Of a stretch of DNA of 64,000 bases, positions 31,151-40,663 are shown piece after piece. The position numbers were made by a program, and so were the translations under genes. Source of the stretch: Actinomycetota bacterium. Its GTDB lineage: Bacteria; Actinomycetota; Coriobacteriia; Anaerosomatales; UBA912. The stretch covers positions 20,177 through 84,176 of the forward strand of contig JAMDCK010000030.1 of assembly GCA_023488435.1 (NCBI GenBank). The letters run 5' to 3'. Positions within the stretch are counted from its first letter, which is position 1. Each line of letters begins with the position of its first letter. The notes below the pieces were generated by a model. That model did no database searches, was not told the origin of the DNA, and saw only the letters and a list, made by a program, of their open reading frames with translations.

Positions 31151-32242
31151 ATGGATGACATGAGTGAAGAGAATCGCGCCCTTCTCGATTTGGTCACAAG
31201 TGTTTCGGGGACCTCCTATCGCAAGGTCGAGGAAGCGTTTGGAGATGGCTTCGTCAGACTGCACACATCTGAAGCCGAGAGGCGACAGGCGAAGCACGAT
31301 ATTCGCAGTGTCGAAGACGTCGTTATAGAGCTGCTTCGAAACTCACGCGATGCTGGAGCGAGTCGAATTTTCATCGCCTCCAGTCGCTCGGGAGACATCC
31401 GCTCCATTGCAGTCATTGATGACGGTATAGGAGTCCCGCTTTCTATGCACCAGCGAATCTTTGAACCACGTGTCACATCGAAACTTGATTCGATGGTTAT
31501 CGACTCCTGGGGGGTGCATGGACGGGGTATGGCGTTATACAGCATCAAGGCCAATGCGCCTGATGTTCGAGTTGCCGCATCTGCCACCGGGCTTGGTTCC
31601 GCAATCGTCTTTTCGAATAACTGTCAGACGCTACCTGAACGGTCCGACCAGTCCACTTGGCCCATCGTTGATCTATCTGAGCAGGGGTCACCCGTCGTTA
31701 CTAGGGGGCCGCACAATATCCTTAGGTCTGTGGTCGAGTTTGCATGCCAGCATCCTGAGATCCAAGTCTACATTGGGTCTCACGCTGAAGTAGCCGCCAC
31801 TATGTTCGTTTTGGCTGTGAGCGGGGCTGAGTCCTCGGGGGTTCTTCTCGTCGATGATGTCGAGGGATTGAATGTATGGCAACGCTTGGCTGCGTCAATG
31901 GATGCGGCAGAGTTGGTTGTCGTTGCGTCCTCGATAGGTCTAGAGATTTCGGAGCGTACAGCCCACCGTGTTCTCTCGGGCGAGGGCAAGGCACTCCCCC
32001 CGATACTGGAGATATGCAACGCTATCGAGCAAGATACCACTGTTGATCAACCACCTGATATCTATAAGAACCGAAAAGGACTTAAGATCCACTCGGATGA
32101 CCTCATTGAGTTTCGTCGCGGAATTACCGCTGCTTTCGATGGGCTTGCCGAGAGATACTTCATCTACATGAAGGAAGAGCCTCGAATACGCGTGACACGA
32201 GACGCTATCCATGTCCGATTCGAAATCGACAAAGAGGACTGA
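31151..32242 (+). CDS. GHKL-superfamily (MutL/Hsp90-like Bergerat fold) ATPase of unknown function
   Basis: Contains an N box (VVIELLRNSRDAGASRIFI), a G1 box (VIDDGIGV) and a G2 box (GVHGRGMALYSI). About 220 C-terminal residues have no motif I recognise. Confidence 0.65.
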   Translation: MDDMSEENRALLDLVTSVSGTSYRKVEEAFGDGFVRLHTSEAERRQAKHDIRSVEDVVIELLRNSRDAGASRIFIASSRSGDIRSIAVIDDGIGVPLSMHQRIFEPRVTSKLDSMVIDSWGVHGRGMALYSIKANAPDVRVAASATGLGSAIVFSNNCQTLPERSDQSTWPIVDLSEQGSPVVTRGPHNILRSVVEFACQHPEIQVYIGSHAEVAATMFVLAVSGAESSGVLLVDDVEGLNVWQRLAASMDAAELVVVASSIGLEISERTAHRVLSGEGKALPPILEICNAIEQDTTVDQPPDIYKNRKGLKIHSDDLIEFRRGITAAFDGLAERYFIYMKEEPRIRVTRDAIHVRFEIDKED

Positions 32243-32371
32243 TTTTCCTGATAGGATTGGATATGATTAAGCTTAGTTCAATGAACCTAATATGAACCAC
32301 TAGGATCAAAAGACTATATGCAGCCGGCAAACCAATTGCCTGTCTAAGTAGATTTCGAACAAGGAGAAACA

Positions 32372-32644
32372 GTGGAAGTCCTAAAGGTCTCTACAAAGTC
32401 CAACCCGAACTCGGTTGCAGGTGCACTCGCTGGAACACTGCGTGAACACGGTGCAGTTGAGATGCAGACGGTGGGGGCCGGTGCCCTCAATCAGGCAATC
32501 AAGGCCATTGCGATCGCTCGCGGATTCTTGGCACCCTCAGGCATGGATCTCAGCTGCGTGCCTGCGTTCGCTGATATCGAGATCAACGGCGAGGAACGAA
32601 CAGCGATACGCCTACTCGTTGAACTACACAACATGAGTGGATAG
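32372..32644 (+). CDS. spoVS: SpoVS family protein
   Basis: 90-aa ORF (MEVLKVSTKSNPNSVAGALAG...GAGALNQAIKAIAIARGFL) with a GTG start 6 nt after AAGGAGAA. Confidence 0.9.
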   Translation: MEVLKVSTKSNPNSVAGALAGTLREHGAVEMQTVGAGALNQAIKAIAIARGFLAPSGMDLSCVPAFADIEINGEERTAIRLLVELHNMSG

Positions 32645-32674
32645 TTTCGTCGACTCGATTGTGGTGTATCGATA

Positions 32675-33523
32675 GTGTTTGATTTTCATGTTCACAGCAA
32701 CCAGTCCGATGGTCACCTGACCCCCAGGCAATTAGTCGAAAAAGCCGATCACGAGGGGCTCCTGGCCCTCTCTCTTACGGATCATGATTCTATAGGGGGA
32801 ATAGAGGCCGCTGCGCAGACGGCCGACGAACTCGATCTCATCTTTGTTCCAGGGGTTGAATTCTCTGCCATTCTTGCCGAGACAGAACTCCATATTCTGA
32901 CATATTTCATAGATCATACCGACCCAATATTGATCGAACAGTTGGACTTCTTGCGTCATGCCAGAGTTTGTCGCGCCAGACGAACCGTCGATCTCTTTCG
33001 CAAGTTCGGAGTACCACTTGACTTCGACGAGGTGGTGCATGAGTCAGGGGATGGCGTCATCGGGCGCGTACACCTGGCCAAGGCGCTTGTCTCCAGCAAC
33101 GTTGCTACTGATGTCTCCGATGCATTTTCCCGGTTCCTCGGCCAGGGGAGGCCATTCTATCTTCCAAAGGAATCTGCGGATCCTATCGCTTTGCTTTCAA
33201 TGGTCTCGCGCATAGGTGGCTGCGCTGTACTGGCTCATCCGGGTATCAACGGCGTGGATAGGTTTCTCCCAATCCTAGTTGAGGCCGGCCTAGCGGGGAT
33301 TGAAGTCTATCATCCTCTGCACACTCCCGAGCAGGTCGAACACTATCGTTTTCTTGCCGCAAAGTTCGACCTGATTATTACCGGAGGATCCGACTTTCAC
33401 GGCATCGACTCGCTAGCGAGTCGCTTTGGAGTCTCTGAAATTCCTGTATCGGACGTTGCTCGCTTTCTGGCAGCGTCCGATGACCCGAGTCTGCTGGATC
33501 GTCTGACTGCGATGATCGAATGA
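32675..33523 (+). CDS. PHP-domain metal-dependent phosphoesterase (TrpH/YciV-like)
   Basis: N-terminal FDFHVHSNQSDG, LTDHD, and a C-terminal GGSDFHG. Confidence 0.85.
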   Translation: MFDFHVHSNQSDGHLTPRQLVEKADHEGLLALSLTDHDSIGGIEAAAQTADELDLIFVPGVEFSAILAETELHILTYFIDHTDPILIEQLDFLRHARVCRARRTVDLFRKFGVPLDFDEVVHESGDGVIGRVHLAKALVSSNVATDVSDAFSRFLGQGRPFYLPKESADPIALLSMVSRIGGCAVLAHPGINGVDRFLPILVEAGLAGIEVYHPLHTPEQVEHYRFLAAKFDLIITGGSDFHGIDSLASRFGVSEIPVSDVARFLAASDDPSLLDRLTAMIE

Positions 33524-33593
33524 TTCTATGACATGATATTGATTGATTTTCACCTCCTACCATGTCGCCTCACCCGTGATAGACTCTAGCGTC

Positions 33594-35006
33594 ATGAACA
33601 CTTACTTCATACGCACATTTGGCTGTCAGATGAATAAGCACGATGCCGAGAGAGTCGCAGGGCTGCTTGAGGCTGAGGGCATGGACTCCGCAGATGATCC
33701 AGAAGCTGCTGACGCAATCGTCTTTATGACCTGCTGCGTTCGTGACAACGCAGATAACAGATTCTTTGGCCAACTCTCCAGCTTGCGTGAGCTCAAGACC
33801 CGAAAACCCGAGGTCCTAATTGCTGTAGGTGGATGCATAGGGCAACGGGATGGACTTTCGATTGTCGATCGTTTCGAGCATGTTGATGTTGTCTTTGGAA
33901 CACATAATGTGGGACGACTGCCACACCTTCTCGATATGGCATCCTTCTCGGTGAACCCAGTTGTTGAAGTCCTCCAATCATCTGACGACTTTGCTTCGGA
34001 TCTTCCCGCCCGAAGGGAGCATTCGTATCACGCATGGGTTCCAATTGCGACAGGCTGCGACAACCATTGTGCTTACTGTATCGTTCCCGCAGTTCGCGGT
34101 AACGAGAAGTCACGTACTGAAGCATCGATCCTGAGGGAGATTGAACGCCTCCTTCAAGACGGCGTGATGGAGGTCACCCTATTAGGTCAGAACGTGAACT
34201 CATGGGGGCGGGACCTTTACGGTGCACCGCGATTCCACGTACTTCTCGACAAGATCTCCCAGATGGGAGTTCCGCGAGTTCGATTCACCACAAGCCACCC
34301 TAAAGATCTTTCGAACAACACCATTGAGGCTATGGCGTCTACCGACGCCATCTGTAACGCCCTGCACTTGCCCGTACAGTCCGGTTCCAATCAGGTACTT
34401 GGAGCAATGAACCGCGGCTACACGTCGGAGCAGTATCTGGATGTAGTCCATCGACTGTACGAGCGCATTCCTGGGCTTGCCCTTTCCACGGATGTCATTG
34501 TTGGCTTCCCTGGTGAGACTGATTCAGACTTTCAGGCCACATTGGATCTTGTAGAAACGTGTCGTTTTGATCAGGCGTTCTCCTTCATGTATTCGCCTCG
34601 AGAGGGTACACCGGCTTACGGCATAGATAACCAAATTCCCCGTGAAGTGATGCAAGAACGATTCGACGCACTCATTCCGGTTATCCACTCATCCGCTTTG
34701 ACAAAGAACAAAGAGCTGATAGAAACCAATCAACTCGTCTTAGTCGAAGGTCGATCCCGCCGAGACCCGCTAATGCTTTCGGGAAGGACGGAGGGCAACA
34801 AGGTCGTTCACGCTCCGCTCAGCGACACGCTGTCCATCGAGGACATGGTTGGCAAGCTTGCGGAAGTATTGATTTCTGACGCGCGCACTTGGCATCTGAC
34901 GGGAAGGATCATCTCGACAGAGCCTGTGAGCACTAGCTCTGTGGACTCTAGTATCAATGCATCGGCTGCGGATCGTACTCTCGATTCGCCGTTCAATCGA
35001 AGTTGA
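33594..35006 (+). CDS. miaB: tRNA-i6A37 methylthiotransferase MiaB
   Basis: MNTYFIRTFGCQMNKHD, a radical SAM motif CDNHCAYCIVP and a TRAM domain. The tracked start at 33543 is probably an over-extension. Confidence 0.92.
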   Translation: MNTYFIRTFGCQMNKHDAERVAGLLEAEGMDSADDPEAADAIVFMTCCVRDNADNRFFGQLSSLRELKTRKPEVLIAVGGCIGQRDGLSIVDRFEHVDVVFGTHNVGRLPHLLDMASFSVNPVVEVLQSSDDFASDLPARREHSYHAWVPIATGCDNHCAYCIVPAVRGNEKSRTEASILREIERLLQDGVMEVTLLGQNVNSWGRDLYGAPRFHVLLDKISQMGVPRVRFTTSHPKDLSNNTIEAMASTDAICNALHLPVQSGSNQVLGAMNRGYTSEQYLDVVHRLYERIPGLALSTDVIVGFPGETDSDFQATLDLVETCRFDQAFSFMYSPREGTPAYGIDNQIPREVMQERFDALIPVIHSSALTKNKELIETNQLVLVEGRSRRDPLMLSGRTEGNKVVHAPLSDTLSIEDMVGKLAEVLISDARTWHLTGRIISTEPVSTSSVDSSINASAADRTLDSPFNRS

Positions 35007-35956
35007 TCATTGTGCTTGACCCCGACCCTCCTATTGTCGTGGCCATTATGGGTCCGACCGCTGTGGGTAAATCGGCGGTAGCCCATCGTGTGGCAACGCT
35101 TCTTGACGGCGAGATCGTCAGCGCGGACTCGATGCAGGTGTACCGCGGGATGGACATTGGGACCGCCAAACCCATGCTTGATGGTACAATCCGTCACCAT
35201 TGCATCGATCTGGTCGATCCCGGAAAGCCATTTTCTGCGGCCATGTACCAACAGGAGGCCAGACAGGCCATCCAGGATATTTGCAACCGCGGCCGAATCC
35301 CAATCCTAGTTGGGGGGACTGGACTCTATGTGCGAGCCGCTCTTGAGGATTTCCGATTTCCGACAGGGAGTATCGACTCACCTAGCAGAGTTGCTCTTGA
35401 GGCGGATGCTCGTCGGCTAGGCTCCCTAGCGCTTCATGAACGCCTGCGCAGACTGGATCCGGATTCTGCTGAGTGTATCCATCCAAATAATGTACGACGC
35501 GTCATCCGCGCGCTGGAGATGGCTGCTCAAGGACTGAGCTATTCGGAGCGTCATGCGGAATTCGTTACCCCTAAAGACATCTATCGCGCATTGCGATTCG
35601 GGCTCTCAATGGATCGCAAAATATTGTACGCGGCCATCGATGCACGGGTGCAGTCGATGCTTTCGAATGGCTTACTGGACGAGGTCAAGGCTCTCGTTGA
35701 CGCTGGCTATGCAGAGGCTCTCACCTCTATTCAAGCAATCGGTTATAAGGAGTTCCTTCCGGTTCTCGAGGGCACCGTTGACTTGGAGGCTGCTTCGGCT
35801 GCGGTCGCGCAGGCAACGCGGAGGTATGCTAAACGCCAGCTTTCATGGCTGCGAGGCGACAGGCGCATCCAATGGATCGAGATGACCGATATTGACGTGG
35901 ACGCGTGTGCACACCGGATAGTCACCGCTGTTGCCGCCGCACGTGCTGTACTGTAA
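35003..35956 (+). CDS. miaA: tRNA dimethylallyltransferase MiaA
   Basis: P-loop GPTAVGKS and SADSMQVYRGMDIGTAKP. The start overlaps the miaB stop. Confidence 0.93.
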   Translation: MIIVLDPDPPIVVAIMGPTAVGKSAVAHRVATLLDGEIVSADSMQVYRGMDIGTAKPMLDGTIRHHCIDLVDPGKPFSAAMYQQEARQAIQDICNRGRIPILVGGTGLYVRAALEDFRFPTGSIDSPSRVALEADARRLGSLALHERLRRLDPDSAECIHPNNVRRVIRALEMAAQGLSYSERHAEFVTPKDIYRALRFGLSMDRKILYAAIDARVQSMLSNGLLDEVKALVDAGYAEALTSIQAIGYKEFLPVLEGTVDLEAASAAVAQATRRYAKRQLSWLRGDRRIQWIEMTDIDVDACAHRIVTAVAAARAVL

Positions 35957-35997
35957 TCTGCTCCAAATAGACTTCGTTGGACTTCAAGGGGATTGAG

Positions 35998-36846
35998 ATG
36001 CTGTTAGAATTCACGAAGATGCATGGCCTCGGAAATGATTTCATCATCGTCAACGATCTGGACGCCGTACTCGACCTTCCTGCAAACAAGATCGCGCAGC
36101 TTTGCGATAGGCACTTCGGCGTTGGCGCCGATGGGATGATCTTCGTTCGCCCCGCCACCGAATCTGGCGCACACGCCTACATGCACTACTACAACGCCGA
36201 TGGATCCCAGGCAGAGATGTGCGGCAACGGCATCCGTTGTTTCGCCAAGTATCTGATAGACAAAGAGTTGGTTCCCCCTGGGACACCCAAGCTGTATGTC
36301 CAGACCTTGGGTGGAGTTCGTTCAATAGACGTCCAAATTGATGAGTGCGGAACAATGTCATCGGCTACCGTGGACATGGGTGAGCCAAAGCTAGCACCAA
36401 GTGATATTCCCTCTACTTTTGAGGGAGACATAGTCTTTCAGCGGTCAGTCGAGACTTCTGAGGGCTCTTTCGATGTCACCGCAGTCTCGATGGGAAATCC
36501 GCACGCGGTAATCTGGGTCGACGACCTCGATGCTGCTCCAGTGCTGACAGTTGGTCCACTGATTGAATCCCACGACAGCTTTCCTGCCAAGACAAATGTT
36601 GAGTTTGCTCAGATCCTTGACCCCACACGTATTCGCTTGCGAGTATGGGAGCGGGGAGTTGGCGAGACCCAGGCTTGCGGAACAGGTGCATGTGCGACTG
36701 TAGTCGCTGCTGTCCTTGCTTCCGCAACTGATGAACGTGTGGTAGTAGAGCTGCCTGGGGGAGAGCTTCTCATCGAGTGGCAACAGGGTGGAGCTGTCTT
36801 CATGACTGGTCCCGCCACCCATGTTTTCGAGGGACGAGTGAGATAG
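35998..36846 (+). CDS. dapF: Diaminopimelate epimerase
   Basis: Contains MHGLGNDF and two catalytic Cys contexts (EMCGNG; ACGTGA). The tracked start at 35977 is also possible. Confidence 0.93.
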   Translation: MLLEFTKMHGLGNDFIIVNDLDAVLDLPANKIAQLCDRHFGVGADGMIFVRPATESGAHAYMHYYNADGSQAEMCGNGIRCFAKYLIDKELVPPGTPKLYVQTLGGVRSIDVQIDECGTMSSATVDMGEPKLAPSDIPSTFEGDIVFQRSVETSEGSFDVTAVSMGNPHAVIWVDDLDAAPVLTVGPLIESHDSFPAKTNVEFAQILDPTRIRLRVWERGVGETQACGTGACATVVAAVLASATDERVVVELPGGELLIEWQQGGAVFMTGPATHVFEGRVR

Positions 36847-36975
36847 TCGGTTGAGCTAGATTGCTCTTTTCACTCGGTTGCGCTGGAGTCCCCCTCCTCG
36901 GCTGTAAGTTACCCTACCAATGAGCTATTGTTAAGCACGGTCATATTGGAACAAGAGAAACAGGAACGAAGAACA

Positions 36976-38133
36976 GTGAGAACAGCCAACCGCATCGCCA
37001 ACCTGCCTCCATATCTTTTCGCTGAGATCGATCGAAAGAAGGAAGAGAAAATCGCTCAAGGCATCGATGTCATCTCACTGGGAATAGGCGACCCTGACCT
37101 GCCCACACCAGAAAACATCATCGCAGCGATGGCCGAGGCGATCCAAGACCCGTCGAACCATCAGTACCCCAGCTACTTCGGCGCCAAGCGCTATCGCGAA
37201 GCTTGCGCCGAATGGATGAATCGCAGATTCGGAGTCTCGCTAGACCCCGATACCGAAGTCCTAGCGCTAATCGGCTCCAAGGAGGGCATCGCCCACGTGT
37301 TCATCGCTTATGTCGACCCGGGGGATGTCACATTGGTACCCGGATCGGGTTATCCGGTATACCACACCGGAGGCATCCTCGTTGGCGGCGAGAGCTGGTT
37401 CATGCCCATGACCGAGGAGAACGACTTTCTCGCTGACTTCGAGAGTTGTCCACCCGAAGTCCTCAAGCGCGCTAAGATGATGTTCATCTCTTACCCAAAC
37501 AATCCAACCTCTGCTATAGCTACTCCTGAGTACTTTGATCGGGCTATTGCTTTCGCAAAGGAGCATGATCTGTTGCTGATTCATGACAATGCTTACAGTG
37601 AGATAGGATTTGATGGGTACAAGCCTATCAGCATTTTGGAGCGTCCGGGCGCGAAAGAGGTCGCCATAGAGTTCTTTAGTTGCTCTAAATCGTACAACAT
37701 GACTGGCTGGAGAATCGCATTCGCTGCCGGCAACCCCTCGGCAATAAAGGCTCTAGGCACTGTCAAGAGCAATATAGACTCTGGCGCCTTCACCGCTGTA
37801 CAAGATGCCGCGATCGAGGCCATGCTTGGACCACAAGATATCACGGATGAGCTTTCGGATGTCTACCAGAGACGCAGGGATATGGTCATGGATGCTCTCG
37901 CCGACGCAGGCCTTTCAGCCAGGATCCCGAAGGGTACAATTTACGTATGGGTAAAGGTTCCAAGTGGACACGACTCCGCTTCATTCGCGACCAAGGTTCT
38001 CGAAGAGGCTAACGTCATTGTTGCCCCGGGCAACGCCTATGGACCCAGCGGAGAGGGTTACGTCAGAATCTCACTAGCGACCCCAGATGACCGACTCGCC
38101 GAGGCACTGGACCGCATAAAAGCCACCCTGTGA
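36976..38133 (+). CDS. dapL: LL-diaminopimelate aminotransferase (DapL-type class I aminotransferase)
   Basis: NLPPYLFAEIDRKK and a PLP-lysine context (SCSKSYNMTGWR). It is adjacent to dapF. The ORF is open from 36928; the GTG at 36976 gives the usual N-terminal length. Confidence 0.75.
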   Translation: MRTANRIANLPPYLFAEIDRKKEEKIAQGIDVISLGIGDPDLPTPENIIAAMAEAIQDPSNHQYPSYFGAKRYREACAEWMNRRFGVSLDPDTEVLALIGSKEGIAHVFIAYVDPGDVTLVPGSGYPVYHTGGILVGGESWFMPMTEENDFLADFESCPPEVLKRAKMMFISYPNNPTSAIATPEYFDRAIAFAKEHDLLLIHDNAYSEIGFDGYKPISILERPGAKEVAIEFFSCSKSYNMTGWRIAFAAGNPSAIKALGTVKSNIDSGAFTAVQDAAIEAMLGPQDITDELSDVYQRRRDMVMDALADAGLSARIPKGTIYVWVKVPSGHDSASFATKVLEEANVIVAPGNAYGPSGEGYVRISLATPDDRLAEALDRIKATL

Positions 38134-38144
38134 TGAGGAGCTGA

Positions 38145-39449
38145 ATGGGCGGACGGATCAGACCTCCTGAGTGGGAGAGGGAAGATCGGCGCCAACGCGC
38201 CGTCTTAGTGGGCGTTGACTCTGGAGACCGCGAGTGGCCCGTTGAAGAGTCCCTCGGAGAGCTAACACGGCTCGCCGAAACCTTTCACTGTGATGTTGTT
38301 GCTCAGACCTTCCAGCGCGTCGACAGAATTCGTGTTCACACCCTTCTCGGCCCAGGCAAGATTGAAGAAGTTGTCCAACTCGCCAAGTCGTTTTCGGCAG
38401 ATCTGGTGATAATCGATGGCGAACTCACACCGCGTCAAGATGCGGCCCTGGCCGACTCGTTCGGTGACGTTCGCGTGATGGACCGCACTGGCTTGATTCT
38501 GCAGATATTCGCCGAACATGCAGCGAGCAAGGAAGGTAAGTTGCAGGTAGAGCTCGCACAGCTCGAGTACCTTCTTCCGCGCCTTAGGGGAATGTGGGGA
38601 CACCTTGTCAAAGAGCGTCTCGGAGGGGGAAAGGGTGCCATTTTCGGGGCAGGCGAATCCCAGCTGGAGACCGATCGACGTCTAGTCCGGAAGCGGATAT
38701 CTGTTGTTAGATCACAGCTCAAGCGCGTGGCCTCTTCGCGAGCAACTCAACGAAGCCAGCGAAGGGCCAGTGGAGTTTTTCGTATAGCCTTGGTTGGCTA
38801 CACTAATGCCGGCAAGTCAACGTTGATGAATGCTTTGACCGGGTCAGACGTCATCGCCTACGACATGCTGTTTGCAACACTGGATTCCACCACCCGAAGA
38901 CTCGTCCTTCCAGACGGGAGAACCGTCACCCTTACTGACACAGTAGGCTTCATCAACAAATTGCCTCACGGACTGGTCGAGGCGTTCAAATCTACCTTGG
39001 ACGAAGTCGGGGAGGCGGACTTACTGTTGCATGTTATCGATGCCTCACACTCCCAGGCGATTGCACAGGCTAATGCGGTTCGCGGAGTACTTGCGGATAT
39101 CGGTGCGGACGATGTGCTTCAGATAGAGGTCCTGAACAAGATCGACCAAACTTCTGATGATCAGCTCGCTCGATTGACCGGACATTTCGATACACCTGTC
39201 TCCACATCGGGACTCACGGGGGTTGGGTTGGATGTTCTGGTAGACAGGATTATCCATGAAGCAGCCAGGGCCAGTCGTGTCTTGAACCTTGTCATTCCAT
39301 ATACGCGTGGCGACATAGTGATGCTTGCTTATGAGCAAGCTCATGTGATTGCCGAGAGCCACAACGAGATTGGCACTAACCTGACGGCTCGAGTCCCCAG
39401 CAAGCTTCTGGGTAAGTTCGAGGAGTTTACAGAAAATCAGCAGGGCTGA
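38145..39449 (+). CDS. hflX: GTPase HflX
   Basis: Contains an HflX N-domain, G1 GYTNAGKST, DTVGF and NKID. Confidence 0.93.
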   Translation: MGGRIRPPEWEREDRRQRAVLVGVDSGDREWPVEESLGELTRLAETFHCDVVAQTFQRVDRIRVHTLLGPGKIEEVVQLAKSFSADLVIIDGELTPRQDAALADSFGDVRVMDRTGLILQIFAEHAASKEGKLQVELAQLEYLLPRLRGMWGHLVKERLGGGKGAIFGAGESQLETDRRLVRKRISVVRSQLKRVASSRATQRSQRRASGVFRIALVGYTNAGKSTLMNALTGSDVIAYDMLFATLDSTTRRLVLPDGRTVTLTDTVGFINKLPHGLVEAFKSTLDEVGEADLLLHVIDASHSQAIAQANAVRGVLADIGADDVLQIEVLNKIDQTSDDQLARLTGHFDTPVSTSGLTGVGLDVLVDRIIHEAARASRVLNLVIPYTRGDIVMLAYEQAHVIAESHNEIGTNLTARVPSKLLGKFEEFTENQQG

Positions 39450-39468
39450 GGGCAAAAGTCTTCAAGAG

Positions 39469-40095
39469 TCATTTGATTTTGCGAAACAACCCGATGACTA
39501 CACCGAGTATCGTCACATCTGTGGAATAGATCGGTTCGTGGTGTTGGTTCTCGGGCTGTAACCTAACAGCTCCCTCTTCCAGGAAGAAGCGCTTCACAGT
39601 TGACTCACCGTCAAGGAGGGCAACCACGATGTCTCCGTTAGAAGCGGTGCTCTGATGCCTGACAACTACATGATCACCGTGCAGGATCCCAGCCTCAGTC
39701 ATGGAATCACCCTGGACCTTGAGCACAAATGCTGATTCAGATGCTAATTCAAGTGGCAGGCTGATGGTCGACTCTATGTTCTCAGCGGCCAGAATAGGTT
39801 GACCGGCCGCTACCTTCCCAAGAATAGGAACCGCCAAGACTTGGGTGTAATCGACACCGCGTTCGGTATCCCTGTAATCGAGAACCTCAAGGGCCCTAGG
39901 CTTTGATGGGTCACGCTTGATGTAACCCTTCTTCTCAAGTGCTACAAGGTGTGCGTGAACGGTAGACGGCGAGGAGAGACCCACTGCTTGACCAATGTCG
40001 CGCACACATGGGGGAAAACCCTTCCGGTGAACCTCGGACCTGATGAAATCGAGGATCTGCTGTTGCCTTCGCGTGAGGCTACGCGTGTAAGCCAT
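39469..40095 (-). CDS. lexA: SOS repressor LexA
   Basis: MAYTRSLTRRQQQILDFI, a winged HTH, and the S24 peptidase Ser (VQGDSM) and Lys (TVKRF). The tracked start at 40170 over-extends across the gene's own promoter. Confidence 0.95.
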   Translation of the reverse strand: MAYTRSLTRRQQQILDFIRSEVHRKGFPPCVRDIGQAVGLSSPSTVHAHLVALEKKGYIKRDPSKPRALEVLDYRDTERGVDYTQVLAVPILGKVAAGQPILAAENIESTISLPLELASESAFVLKVQGDSMTEAGILHGDHVVVRHQSTASNGDIVVALLDGESTVKRFFLEEGAVRLQPENQHHEPIYSTDVTILGVVIGLFRKIK

Positions 40096-40109
40096 GGACT
40101 CTCCCGATA

Positions 40110-40156
40110 CGAAAGTATGTTCGATTGAGTTTAGCGCATTCTCGGTATTGCGGCAA
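40110..40156 (-). promoter_or_regulatory. lexA promoter with an autoregulatory LexA box
   Basis: On the minus strand: TTGCCG (40156-40151), a 17-nt spacer, TAAACT (40133-40128), then CGAACATACTTTCG (40123-40110, one mismatch to CGAAC-N4-GTTCG). The box ends 14 nt before the ATG. Confidence 0.65.
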
Positions 40157-40230
40157 TCGGATCCCCGCAAGAATGTCAGACCCGAGGGCTATGGTAATAA
40201 CAGTTTCGGGCAATCACGGAAGGCATTGTA

Positions 40231-40569
40231 ATGAAATCGAGTTGTGAAATTACTAACCGAAGAAGTCATCGGACTGGGTCGACTGGCAGCACTGCCATCG
40301 ATGTGATGCTTGCCTCGATCATGCTTCTGGTTGTTGTTGCCTCTGGTTATTTGAGTGTGACAAGGCACGATGTGGCTATGCCCCAGAATGCTAGGATAGT
40401 AGTCGTTGGATCCGGACAAAACTTGTGGTCATTAGCGGAGGAGAATCCGGTGCAGGGCCTTGATACTGCTCAGACAGTCGCCCTCATTCGACTAATGAAT
40501 TCCAAGAACGATTCCGGGCTCAATCCGGGGGAGGCCGTAATCGTACCGACAGCATCCAATGGACACTGA
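40231..40569 (+). CDS. Membrane-anchored LysM-domain protein, divergent from lexA (ChiZ-like position)
   Basis: Arg/Ser-rich N-terminus, one TM segment (MLASIMLLVVVASGYLSV) and a C-terminal LysM-like domain (VVVGSGQNLWSLAEE...LNPGEAVIVP). Confidence 0.7.
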   Translation: MKSSCEITNRRSHRTGSTGSTAIDVMLASIMLLVVVASGYLSVTRHDVAMPQNARIVVVGSGQNLWSLAEENPVQGLDTAQTVALIRLMNSKNDSGLNPGEAVIVPTASNGH

Positions 40570-40663
40570 TTTTGCTTCACCGTAAAAGTATTGTTTCACC
40601 ATTCACTTTTCCCACCACATGTTGTATGTTATAGTCTGCAAACGTCAACATCTAGGGGAAGCT

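Noticed and set aside
32281-32298. Direct repeat ATGAACC-taat-ATGAACC in the AT-rich region upstream of spoVS, as a possible operator.
   Set aside because: These are only two 7-mers in an AT-rich spacer, which could easily arise by chance. I could not identify a partner regulator or a promoter context.
40615-40659. Two NrdR-box-like elements (CCACATGTTGTATGTT and GTCAACATCTAGGGGA) upstream of nrdR, suggesting autoregulation.
   Set aside because: Palindromy is poor. The second element is symmetric only at CTAG. The centre-to-centre spacing of about 29 bp differs from the usual 31-32 bp. It also overlaps the alternative upstream ORF start.
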